Shown one piece after another: positions 36,864 through 45,288 of a stretch of DNA of 64,000 bases. The DNA comes from Rhodobiaceae bacterium. GTDB taxonomy: Bacteria; Pseudomonadota; Alphaproteobacteria; Rhizobiales; JAKPQE01. The notes under the pieces were generated by a model. The model worked only from the letters and a program-made list of their open reading frames with translations. It made no database searches and was not told the DNA's origin. Positions within the stretch are counted from its first letter, which is position 1. Every line of letters starts with the position of its first letter. The position numbers were made by a program, and so were the translations under genes. Location: assembly GCA_028278505.1 (NCBI GenBank), contig JANQEG010000142.1:3581-67580 (forward strand), read 5' to 3'.

Positions 36864-37583
36864 TTACCGCCGGTCGCGGGTGGCGAGCTCGACCGTATAG
36901 CCGGCGAGCCCGTCGAGGGCGTCCCAGGCCGCCTTCATGTTGCCGGCCTCGGCCGCATCCGCGAGCGCGGTGTGAAAATCGGCGATGCGCTGGCGGTCGC
37001 GGCTGCGATAGGTGATCATGTTCATCAAGGGCTGCATCGCCTCGACGACGCCGGCCATCTGGAAGGAGAGCACCGGATTGCCGGCGGCATCGACCAGCGC
37101 CCGGTGAAAGCGCACATCGGAGGCGCAGAACTCCTCGTCGGAGAGGGAATCGCTCTGTTGCGCCTCGATTTCGCGGCGCATCGCCTGCAGATGGGCGTTT
37201 GAGCGACGCACGACGGCGAGCGGCAGGCAGGCGCGTTCCAGCGTGAAGCGCGCCTCGGCCACGGCCTCGAACGCGATCGCGTTCATGCCGAGCAGCAGCG
37301 TCGACACGGTGACCAGCGCATCATGGGCCTCGGACCAGGAAATGCGGTTGACGAAGGCGCCGCCGGCCGGGCCGCGCTGGGTGCGGATCAGATTCTGTGC
37401 GGCGAGCCGCTTCAGCGCCTCGCGCACGGTCGGCCGCGACACCCCGAAGCGCTCGGCAAGCTCGGTCTCGCTTGGCAGCCTTTCGTCGACGACAAGCCGG
37501 CCCTCGATGATCGCCGTCCGGATCTCGTCGGCGATCTGCGTGGACAGTCCCGCCTTGGTGATCGTTTCATATTCGATCGCCAT
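36864..37583 (-). CDS. GntR-family (FadR-subfamily) transcriptional regulator
   Basis: 239-aa ORF with N-terminal wHTH LPSETELAERFGVSRPTVREALKRL. Confidence 0.88.
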   Translation of the reverse strand: MAIEYETITKAGLSTQIADEIRTAIIEGRLVVDERLPSETELAERFGVSRPTVREALKRLAAQNLIRTQRGPAGGAFVNRISWSEAHDALVTVSTLLLGMNAIAFEAVAEARFTLERACLPLAVVRRSNAHLQAMRREIEAQQSDSLSDEEFCASDVRFHRALVDAAGNPVLSFQMAGVVEAMQPLMNMITYRSRDRQRIADFHTALADAAEAGNMKAAWDALDGLAGYTVELATRDRR

Positions 37584-37699
37584 GCCGATGCCTTTTCGCC
37601 GAACGTAGCCTCGCGCCTCTCCGAGGCCGGAAATCCGTTCAGCGCGTGAATCCGGCCCTCCGGCTCTTTTTTCTTAAGAGAATCGGGGTTGCCGGTCAA

Positions 37700-37726
37700 T
37701 TGTCTGACAAATTGTTGTTTGACAAC
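37700..37726. promoter_or_regulatory. two GT-Nx-AC palindromes (candidate GntR operators)
   Basis: TTGTC-T-GACAA at 37700..37710 and GTTGT-TTG-ACAAC at 37714..37726, in the divergent gntR/DUF2182 region. Confidence 0.5.
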
Positions 37727-37783
37727 TCCCGGGGTTTTCCCCACTCTCCCGCCGACGCGAGGACGGCGGGCGGGACACACCCC

Positions 37784-38554
37784 ATGTCACAATTGACGGC
37801 AGCGATAAACGGCAGCGTATGGCGCTGGTCCGGCTTTTTCGCCGCAATTATCGCCGCCTGGGCCGCGCTCTATGCCATGGCCGCGGACCTGTCCGCCGCA
37901 TCCGCGCTGTTCGGGCCGGAACTCTGGGCCGCGCTTTGCGCCGAGGATGCCGGTTTTGCCGCGCTCTTTGCCATGTGGGCGCTGATGGCGGCGGCGATGA
38001 TGGCGCCCTCCGTGCTGCCGATGCTGAAAACCTACGAGGATCTGATCTATGCCGGCGCCGGCACGGCCGCCGGCTTCTGGGCGCTCGTCGCCGGCTATCT
38101 TGCGGTGTGGATCGGCTTTGCGGCGCTTGCGGCGCTGGCGCAGATCGGCCTGTCCGATGCCGAAATCGTCGATGGGTTCGGCCGCTCGACCTCGCTCGGG
38201 TTCAATGCCGGCCTCTTCGCCCTTGCCGGGCTCTATCAGTTTTCGGCCTTGAAAGAAGCCTGCCTCAGCCGCTGCCGCTCGCCGATGATGGTGTTCATGG
38301 CCGACTGGCGGCCGGGCCTTGCCGGCGCCGCCCATATGGGCGTCCGCCACGGCCTTTACTGCCTCGGCTGCTGCGTCGCGCTGATGCTTCTCGCCTTTGT
38401 CGGCGGCACCATGAATCTCATCTGGATGGGTGTGGCGATGGTGCTGATGACGCTGGAAAAACTGCCCCGTCTCGGGCGGCCTTTGACGGTGCCGCTCGGC
38501 CTTGTGCTGATCGGGGCGGCGGCCGCTGCCACCGTCACCGCGCTTGTGACCTGA
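37784..38554 (+). CDS. DUF2182 (COG5486) predicted metal-binding integral membrane protein
   Basis: ATG 37784 in ORF 37646..38554. Contains FAMWALMAAAMMAPSVLPML and GLYCLGCCVALMLL. Confidence 0.75.
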   Translation: MSQLTAAINGSVWRWSGFFAAIIAAWAALYAMAADLSAASALFGPELWAALCAEDAGFAALFAMWALMAAAMMAPSVLPMLKTYEDLIYAGAGTAAGFWALVAGYLAVWIGFAALAALAQIGLSDAEIVDGFGRSTSLGFNAGLFALAGLYQFSALKEACLSRCRSPMMVFMADWRPGLAGAAHMGVRHGLYCLGCCVALMLLAFVGGTMNLIWMGVAMVLMTLEKLPRLGRPLTVPLGLVLIGAAAAATVTALVT

Positions 38555-38571
38555 TATTTTGGAGGAATGCG

Positions 38572-39183
38572 ATGGAATCCTGGGCGATCAAAGGGGAGCT
38601 GATCCTCAACTGTAACTGTACCGTGTTCTGCCCCTGCGTGATCTCGCTCGGCAAGCACCCGCCGACCGAGGGTGACTGCAAGGGCTGGGCCGGCATTCGC
38701 ATCGATGACGGGCACTATGGCGATGAAAGCCTCGCCGGGCTCAATGTCGGCCTGCTTCTGGAAATCCCCGGGCTGATGGCGCGCGGCAACTGGAAGGCGG
38801 CGGCCTATATCGACGAGCGCGCCAGCGAGGCCGCCTTTGACGGGCTGGTGAAAATCATGTCGGGCCAGGCACGCGGCACGACGGGCCTCTTCAAGGTTCT
38901 GGTCAGCGAGTTTCTCTGCGCCGAGCGGGCGCCGGTCGAGTTCGAGACCGAAGGCGACAAGCGCCGCCTGATCGTCGGCAAGACGATCCAGGGTGAGATT
39001 CAGCCGATCCGCGGCAAGCAGCCGGGCGAAGAGGTCAAAGTGGTCAACACCGAGTACTGGATGGGCCCGGAAGTTACGGTGGCCACCGCGACCAAGGGCC
39101 GGGTCCGCGCCTTCGGCCGGGTTTGGGATTTCGATGGCCGCTCGGCCGAGATCTGCCAGATCGACTGGTCGGGCCCCAATTGA
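38572..39183 (+). CDS. DUF1326 protein
   Basis: ATG 38572 in ORF 37819..39183. N-terminal Cys cluster ILNCNCTVFCPCV. Confidence 0.75.
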   Translation: MESWAIKGELILNCNCTVFCPCVISLGKHPPTEGDCKGWAGIRIDDGHYGDESLAGLNVGLLLEIPGLMARGNWKAAAYIDERASEAAFDGLVKIMSGQARGTTGLFKVLVSEFLCAERAPVEFETEGDKRRLIVGKTIQGEIQPIRGKQPGEEVKVVNTEYWMGPEVTVATATKGRVRAFGRVWDFDGRSAEICQIDWSGPN

Positions 39184-39235
39184 TCGGCCCCAAACCGCCC
39201 GCCTGAATCTGAAAAACACTTTCAAGGACACGCTC

Positions 39236-40231
39236 ATGACCTTCAATGCCCTGATCGTCGACAAGGCCGAGGACGGCCGCGTCAGCGCCGCCATCGAACC
39301 GATCACCGAAGACCGCCTGCCCGAGGGCAACGTCACCGTGGCCGTCGAATACTCGACGCTCAATTACAAGGATGGCCTCTGCCTGACCGGCAAGGGCGGG
39401 CTTGTGCGCAATTATCCCCATGTGCCCGGCATCGATTTCGCCGGCACGGTCGAGGCGTCTTCGGACGACCGTTATAAGCCGGGCGACAAGGTGGTGCTGA
39501 CCGGCTGGCGCGTCGGCGAGGTGCACTGGGGCGGCTATGCGCAAAAGGCGCGGGTCAAGGGCGACTGGCTGGTGCCGTTGCCCGACGGATTGACGCCGCG
39601 CCAGGCGATGGCCGTCGGCACCGCCGGGTTCACCGCGATGCTCGCCGTCATTGCGCTCGAGGCGCACGGCACGGTGCCCGGCGAGGGCGAGGTGCTGGTC
39701 ACGGGTGCGGCCGGCGGCGTCGGCTCGGTGGCGACCGCGATCCTCGCCAAGCTCGGCCACGGCGTTGCCGCGGTCACCGGCCGGCCGGAGACCGCCGATT
39801 ATCTGACCGGGCTCGGGGCGACGACGATCGTTCCGCGCGAGGAACTGGCCGAGGCGTCACCGAGACCGCTCGAATCGGAGCGCTGGTCGGGCTGCGTCGA
39901 TGCGGTCGGCGGCACCATGCTCGGCCGCGTGCTGAAGCAGATGCAATATGGCCGCGCGGTCGCCGCCGTCGGCCTTGCCGGCGGCGCCGCGGTCGAGGGT
40001 TTCACCGTGGTGCCGTTTCTGCTGCGCGGCGTCAGCCTGCTCGGCATCGATTCGGTGATGTGCCCGGCCGCGCCGCGGCTGGAGGCGTGGCGGCGGGTCG
40101 CCGCCGATCTGCCGCTCGACAGGCTCGAAGCGATGATCGAGGACCGGAAATTGTCAGACCTACCGGCACTCGGCCCGGCAATCTTGAAGGGCCAGGTCAA
40201 GGGCCGCGTCGTCATCGACGTCAACGGGTAA
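39236..40231 (+). CDS. acuI: YhdH/AcuI-type NADPH-dependent acrylyl-CoA/quinone reductase (MDR family)
   Basis: ATG 39236 in ORF 38993..40231. Contains VEYSTLNYKDGLCLTGKGGLVRNYPHVPGIDFAGTV and VTGAAGGVGSVA. Confidence 0.8.
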   Translation: MTFNALIVDKAEDGRVSAAIEPITEDRLPEGNVTVAVEYSTLNYKDGLCLTGKGGLVRNYPHVPGIDFAGTVEASSDDRYKPGDKVVLTGWRVGEVHWGGYAQKARVKGDWLVPLPDGLTPRQAMAVGTAGFTAMLAVIALEAHGTVPGEGEVLVTGAAGGVGSVATAILAKLGHGVAAVTGRPETADYLTGLGATTIVPREELAEASPRPLESERWSGCVDAVGGTMLGRVLKQMQYGRAVAAVGLAGGAAVEGFTVVPFLLRGVSLLGIDSVMCPAAPRLEAWRRVAADLPLDRLEAMIEDRKLSDLPALGPAILKGQVKGRVVIDVNG

Positions 40232-40303
40232 GGGATTGGGCCGTGGGAGGCGGCGGTCTTTCGGCCGCCTATTCCCGTTCCCTCCCGATAGGCCGGTCTG
40301 ATT

Positions 40304-40344
40304 ATGTACATTATTTCCTTGATGTTCACGCAAATAATGTACAT
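40304..40344. promoter_or_regulatory. two ATGTACAT palindromes upstream of brnT (candidate BrnA operators)
   Basis: ATGTACAT at 40304..40311 and 40337..40344 (33 bp centre to centre) in a short AT-rich patch. Confidence 0.45.
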
Positions 40345-40374
40345 ATTAAAGTCGTCGAAGGGGAACGGGGCGCC

Positions 40375-40635
40375 GTGCAGTATGCCGAAAGCAAGCGTCG
40401 GGCGAACATCGAAAAGCATGGTATCGATCTGAAAGACGCCGAACGGTTCGATTGGGATACGGTTGTGTTCATAAAGACCGATTTCATTGACCACGAGCAA
40501 CGCGAAACAGTCATCGGTTTTGTCGACGGCGAACTCCGCGCGCTGGTGTATGTCGAGCTCGACGATGATTGGCGCGCAATATCGTTGCGGCGCCCGACCA
40601 ACCACGAAATCCGCACCTGGGACAGGGAACACTGA
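40375..40635 (+). CDS. brnT: BrnT-family (DUF497) ribonuclease toxin
   Basis: GTG 40375 in ORF 40060..40635. Contains AESKRRANIEKHGIDLKDAERF and RAISLRRPTNHE. Confidence 0.75.
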   Translation: MQYAESKRRANIEKHGIDLKDAERFDWDTVVFIKTDFIDHEQRETVIGFVDGELRALVYVELDDDWRAISLRRPTNHEIRTWDREH

Positions 40636-40636
40636 A

Positions 40637-40963
40637 ATGGCCGAGCGACAGAAAATCCGCTTGAACACGCCGGAAGAGGAAGCGGAAATCCTCGCCGCGG
40701 CATTTGCCGATCCGGACAATCCTCCGTTGACCGAGGCGCAGCTCGCCAGGGCGCACCGCGATCCGGAAAAGGCGGCGCGCATGAAAAAGAAGACCCGCGG
40801 GCCGCAGAAGGCGCCGACCAAGGTCGACGTCCACATCAAGCTCGATCCGGACGTGATTGCGCACTTCAAGGCGGATGGCGGTGGCTGGCAGACGCGGGTG
40901 AATGCCGCGCTGCGCACGGCCGCCGGTCTCGACCGGCCGGCAAACGTGAAAAAGGCAGGGTAG
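40637..40963 (+). CDS. brnA: BrnA-family antitoxin (DUF4415/CopG-like)
   Basis: ATG 40637, 1 nt after the brnT stop. Contains KVDVHIKLDPDVIAHFKADGGGWQTRVNAALR. Confidence 0.8.
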   Translation: MAERQKIRLNTPEEEAEILAAAFADPDNPPLTEAQLARAHRDPEKAARMKKKTRGPQKAPTKVDVHIKLDPDVIAHFKADGGGWQTRVNAALRTAAGLDRPANVKKAG

Positions 40964-41008
40964 GCGCGAGCTTCCCGCAAACGGCGCCGGCTTCCCCTCT
41001 CGGGAGGA

Positions 41009-43165
41009 TCAGGGTGAGGGATCCGACTTCCGTCCTCGCTCCCCGTTCATGATCCCCGCAAGCCGCGTCACCCGCCGGTCGTCTCCGAGCTCTTCGACCG
41101 CGACCGGCAGCCGCCGGCACCAGTTCGGGTGCCCGTCGACGGTGCCGGGCAGATTGGCCTGCTCGACCTCGCCGAGCGCGTCTTCCAGGCGCAGGGCCGC
41201 GAGCGCGGCGGGCGATTGCGCCAGCCGCCGATGCAGCCGCTCGACGACCAAGTCGGGCACGACTTCGCCATCGGGCGCGCATGAAGCCGGATCGTTGGGC
41301 GAGAGCAACGCGGCGAGCTGCCGGCGCTCCTCCGCCCGTTCCCGGCGGTCGGCGGCAACCGCCTCGGCCGCCCGTCCGTTGCGCTCGCGCCAGTCGATGT
41401 CGCGGCCGGCCCAGAAACCGGCAAGCGTCGGCAGGTCGTGGGTGCCGATAGCGGCGATCACCCGGCACGGATAGTGCTCCGGCGGCCGGAACCGCCCGTC
41501 CCACTCCTTTTCGAAATAGACGACGCGGCAACCGAGAATGTCGGTTTCCTCCATCCGCCCGCGCAGGCCCTCGGGCACATTGCCGAGGTCCTCACCGACG
41601 ATCACGGTTCCGGCGCGGCGCGATTCGATCGCCGCCACCGCCAGCAGATCGTCGAGCGGAAACCGCACATAGGCGCCCGGCAGCCCGCCCTCCGGGATCC
41701 AGAAATTGCGGGCAAGACCCAGCACGTGGTCGATGCGGATGAGCCCGGCATGACGCATGACCGCGGCAAGCAGCGCTGCGAACGGTTCAAAGCCGCGGTC
41801 GGCGAGCGCCCGCGGGTTGAACGGCACGATCGACCAGTTCTGGCCGTTCGGCGCAAAGGCGTCCGGCGGCGCGCCGAGCGAGACGCCGCGGCCATAGGCG
41901 CCCGGATCGCTCCAGGTCTCGGCGCCGCCCGGCGTCGCGCCGATGGCAAGGTCGAGATAGAGGCCGAACGCCATGCCGGCGGCCTTCGCCCGCACCTGCG
42001 CCGTGTCGAGCTGTTCGTCGGCGAGCCATTGCAGATAGGTATAAAAGCCGACCCGGTCGGCGTGCTCGGCGGCGAAGCGGGCAACCGCAGGGTTTTGCGA
42101 ATTGCGATAGGCGTCCGGCCAGTCGCCGCTTCCCGAAAACCCTCGCTCAGGCGCGGCGAAATGCTCGGCCAGCGCGTCGTAGATCGCCTGGCGCCGCAGC
42201 CGAATGCCGCCGCGGGTGCAGAATGCCGTAAACGCCGCCCGGCGATCGTCGGCGGCTGCGGTCTTGAAACGGTCGTAGAGGATTTCGAAAAGCGGCCGCA
42301 GGATCGCGTCGACGGCGCCATAGTCGACGAGATCGCCGGCCCGCACGGCCTTAAGCCCTTCCGCGTTCCGAGCAAGATGGTCCTCGGCCGCCGCATTCCC
42401 GGCGAACTCGGCGACGCGGTCCGGCGCGATATGGGCGGTGTTGAGGAAAAGCCGGTTCGACGGCGAATAGGGGCTCGCGCGCCAGGGTTCGCCCGGATAG
42501 AGCGCGTGCACCGGATTGATGCCGAGGAAATCGGCGCCGCGCCCGGCAAGGACCTCCGCAAGCGCTGCGAGGTCGGAATAATCACCGATGCCGAAATTCC
42601 GGGCCGAGCGCAGGCCGTAGAGTGGCGCGGTCGCGCCCCAGAGCCGCGCGTCCTGCCCGGCGGCGGCGGCAACGCCATAGGCCTTGTCCGGCGGCACGAT
42701 CAGCGTGGTGAAAGTTTGCGCCGAGCCGAGCCGGAGTTCGAGCCGGTGGCGGCCGAGCGGCAGGGGATTTGGCGGCCGGAATAGCCGGCGGCCGGAAGTG
42801 TCGTCGCACCAGGGAAGCGCGGAGAAGAAATCGCCGCCTTCGACGACTTCGCCGGCTTCCGTCTCGATGCGCCAGTCGAGCGCATCGCGATCTCCGGCGC
42901 CGGCCGCCGGCAAGGGCAGCACCTGTTCGCCGGACGCCGGCAGCCGGTAGCACGGCGGCAGCAACCGCGTCCGCTCGTCCGCCTCAATTTCCTCAAGCGT
43001 TTCGCGCCGCTCCGGCGCGCTCCCCGCTTGAAATCCCATTGCCGAAAGGAGCGCGATCACCGTGTCGTCGGGTGCATGATATTCGCGGCCGGAGACATCC
43101 CAGTAGCGCCGCTCGATGCCGACGCGGTCGGCGAGGCGGTCGATCGGATCGGGCCCGCCGCTCAT
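41009..43165 (-). CDS. malQ: 4-alpha-glucanotransferase (amylomaltase)
   Basis: 718-aa ORF with GIGDYSDL, IDHVLGL and GTHDLPT. Confidence 0.9.
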   Translation of the reverse strand: MSGGPDPIDRLADRVGIERRYWDVSGREYHAPDDTVIALLSAMGFQAGSAPERRETLEEIEADERTRLLPPCYRLPASGEQVLPLPAAGAGDRDALDWRIETEAGEVVEGGDFFSALPWCDDTSGRRLFRPPNPLPLGRHRLELRLGSAQTFTTLIVPPDKAYGVAAAAGQDARLWGATAPLYGLRSARNFGIGDYSDLAALAEVLAGRGADFLGINPVHALYPGEPWRASPYSPSNRLFLNTAHIAPDRVAEFAGNAAAEDHLARNAEGLKAVRAGDLVDYGAVDAILRPLFEILYDRFKTAAADDRRAAFTAFCTRGGIRLRRQAIYDALAEHFAAPERGFSGSGDWPDAYRNSQNPAVARFAAEHADRVGFYTYLQWLADEQLDTAQVRAKAAGMAFGLYLDLAIGATPGGAETWSDPGAYGRGVSLGAPPDAFAPNGQNWSIVPFNPRALADRGFEPFAALLAAVMRHAGLIRIDHVLGLARNFWIPEGGLPGAYVRFPLDDLLAVAAIESRRAGTVIVGEDLGNVPEGLRGRMEETDILGCRVVYFEKEWDGRFRPPEHYPCRVIAAIGTHDLPTLAGFWAGRDIDWRERNGRAAEAVAADRRERAEERRQLAALLSPNDPASCAPDGEVVPDLVVERLHRRLAQSPAALAALRLEDALGEVEQANLPGTVDGHPNWCRRLPVAVEELGDDRRVTRLAGIMNGERGRKSDPSP

Positions 43166-45285
43166 GCGCTCATCGGCTCCTCGATGAAGGCGATGAGGCT
43201 CCGTTCGGCAAGCATGAAGGCGTCGCCGGGGCGGCGCGCCAATGGCGATGACGGCAGGCCGTCGGGGCGGTCGGTGGTCAGCACCGCCTGCCAGTGATGG
43301 CCCGGCAAGGCCCGGGGGGCAAAGAACCGGACCGGTTTTGCGCCGGCATTGAAGGCGAGGAACATCGCCTCGTCGCAGGATTCATAGTCAGGCGCTTCGG
43401 CGACGCCGCGGAGCACGGCGCCGACTGCATGCAGCGCCGGGTCCTGCCACGCCGCCGGGGTCATCTCGCCGCCGCCCGCCGCCACCCAGACCACGTCCTT
43501 GTGGCCGTCGGCGGGACGCTCGCGGCCGTGCAGGAACCAGCGCTGGCGCAGCACTTTGTGGGCGCGGCGGAAGCCGACGACACGCGCGAAAAATTCTCGG
43601 AACGCTTCATCGTCCGGGGCGAGATCGTCCCAGGAGATCCAGCCGGTTTCGTTGTCCTGGCAATAGGCATTGTTGTTGCCGCCCTGGCTGTTGCCGATCT
43701 CGTCGCCGGCCAAAAGCATCGGCGTGCCCTGGGCGACGAGCAGGGTGGCCAGCATGTTGCGCTTCTGACGTTGGCGCAGCGCCAGGATCGCCGTGTCGTC
43801 GGTGGCGCCCTCGACGCCCCAATTGGCGCTGAAATTGCGAGGATGGCCGTCGCGCCCGCCCTCGCCATTGGCGTCGTTGTGCTTGCGCTCATAGGCAACC
43901 AGATCGGCAAGCGTGAAGCCGTCATGGGCGGTGACGTAGTTGACGCTCGCGGTCGGGCGGCGGCCATAGCGGTCGAACAAATTGGCCGAGCCGAGCAGGC
44001 CGGTGGCGAAATCGGCCGCCACCCCGGAATCGCCGCGCCAGAACCGGCGCACCGTGTCGCGGAAGCGGTCGTTCCACTCGCCGAAGCCGGGTGGAAACCC
44101 GCCGAGCCGATAGCCGTCGAAACCGGTATCCCAAGGTTCGGCGATCAGCTTTTTGGTGGCAAGGATCGGATCCTGGCGCAGCGCATTGAGGAAATCCGAG
44201 GACGGATCGAAGCCGGCGTGCCCGCGGGCCAGCGCCGGCGCCAGATCGAAACGGAATCCGTCCACATGCATGACCGTGCACCAATAGCGGAGCGAATCGA
44301 GCACCAATTGGATGACCCGCGGATGGCTAAGGTCGAGCGTGTTGCCGCAACCGGTATAGTCGAGATAGCGGCGCGGATCGGCCGGATCGAGCCGGTAATA
44401 GCTGACATTGTCAATGCCGCGGAACGACAATGTCGGGCCGAACTGGTTGCCCTCGGCGGTGTGGTTGTAGACGACGTCGAGGATGATTTCGAGGCCGGCA
44501 TCGTGCAGCGCCCGCACCGCCGTCTGCACTTCGGCGATGCCGCCGCCGGACAGATAGCGCGGATCGGGGGCGAAGAAGCCGATCGAATTGTAGCCCCAGA
44601 AATTGACGAGGCCGCGCTCGACGAGGAAGCGCTCGTCGACAAAGGCGTGGACCGGCAGAAGCTCGATCGCGGTGACGCCGAGCTTGACGAAATGCTCGAT
44701 CATGGCCGGATGGGCAAGGGCGGAAAACCGGCCGGCGTCGGCATCGGCAACGCCTGGAAATCTCAGCGTCGCGCCGCGCAGATTCATCTCGTAGATCACG
44801 GTTTCCGACCACGGCCGGTCCGGCGGCGCGTCCGGCCCCCACGAAAAGCTCGGATCGACGACCACCGATTTCGGTACCGCAGAAGCGCTGTCGCGATCAT
44901 CGAAGGACAGATCGGCCTGGCTCGAGCCGACCCGATAGCCCATCAGCGCATCGTCCCAGAAGACGCGGCCGAAGAGCGCTTTCGCATATGGGTCGATCAA
45001 GAGCTTGTTCTTGTTGAAGCGATAGCCGGTCTCGGGCGCGTAAAGGCCGTCGACGCGATAGCCGTAGAGCGTGTTCGGGCCGATGCCGGGAAGATAGCCG
45101 TGCCAGACCTCGTCGGTGCGCTCCGGCAGCACCAGCCGCGCCGTTTCGCGGGCGCCGTTTTCGCTGAACAGGCAGAGTTCGACCGCGGTCGCATGGGCCG
45201 AAAACAACGCGAAATTGGTGCCGGCGCCATCAAAGGTGGCGCCAAGCGGATAGGGTCGGCCCGGGCGTAGCTCCAAAACGGCCAT
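43162..45285 (-). CDS. glgX: glycogen debranching enzyme
   Basis: 707-aa ORF with GVTAIELLPVH, WGYNSIGFFAP, DVVYNHTAEG, GFRFDLA and YVTAHDGFTL. Confidence 0.93.
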   Translation of the reverse strand: MAVLELRPGRPYPLGATFDGAGTNFALFSAHATAVELCLFSENGARETARLVLPERTDEVWHGYLPGIGPNTLYGYRVDGLYAPETGYRFNKNKLLIDPYAKALFGRVFWDDALMGYRVGSSQADLSFDDRDSASAVPKSVVVDPSFSWGPDAPPDRPWSETVIYEMNLRGATLRFPGVADADAGRFSALAHPAMIEHFVKLGVTAIELLPVHAFVDERFLVERGLVNFWGYNSIGFFAPDPRYLSGGGIAEVQTAVRALHDAGLEIILDVVYNHTAEGNQFGPTLSFRGIDNVSYYRLDPADPRRYLDYTGCGNTLDLSHPRVIQLVLDSLRYWCTVMHVDGFRFDLAPALARGHAGFDPSSDFLNALRQDPILATKKLIAEPWDTGFDGYRLGGFPPGFGEWNDRFRDTVRRFWRGDSGVAADFATGLLGSANLFDRYGRRPTASVNYVTAHDGFTLADLVAYERKHNDANGEGGRDGHPRNFSANWGVEGATDDTAILALRQRQKRNMLATLLVAQGTPMLLAGDEIGNSQGGNNNAYCQDNETGWISWDDLAPDDEAFREFFARVVGFRRAHKVLRQRWFLHGRERPADGHKDVVWVAAGGGEMTPAAWQDPALHAVGAVLRGVAEAPDYESCDEAMFLAFNAGAKPVRFFAPRALPGHHWQAVLTTDRPDGLPSSPLARRPGDAFMLAERSLIAFIEEPMSA

Positions 45286-45288
45286 GGA

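Noticed and set aside
43294-45270. 658-aa plus-strand ORF; likewise 41438..42784, 45925..46962 and 49957..51708
   Set aside because: All are antisense to glgX, malQ, glgA and ileS respectively, and none has motifs. They are GC-content artefacts.
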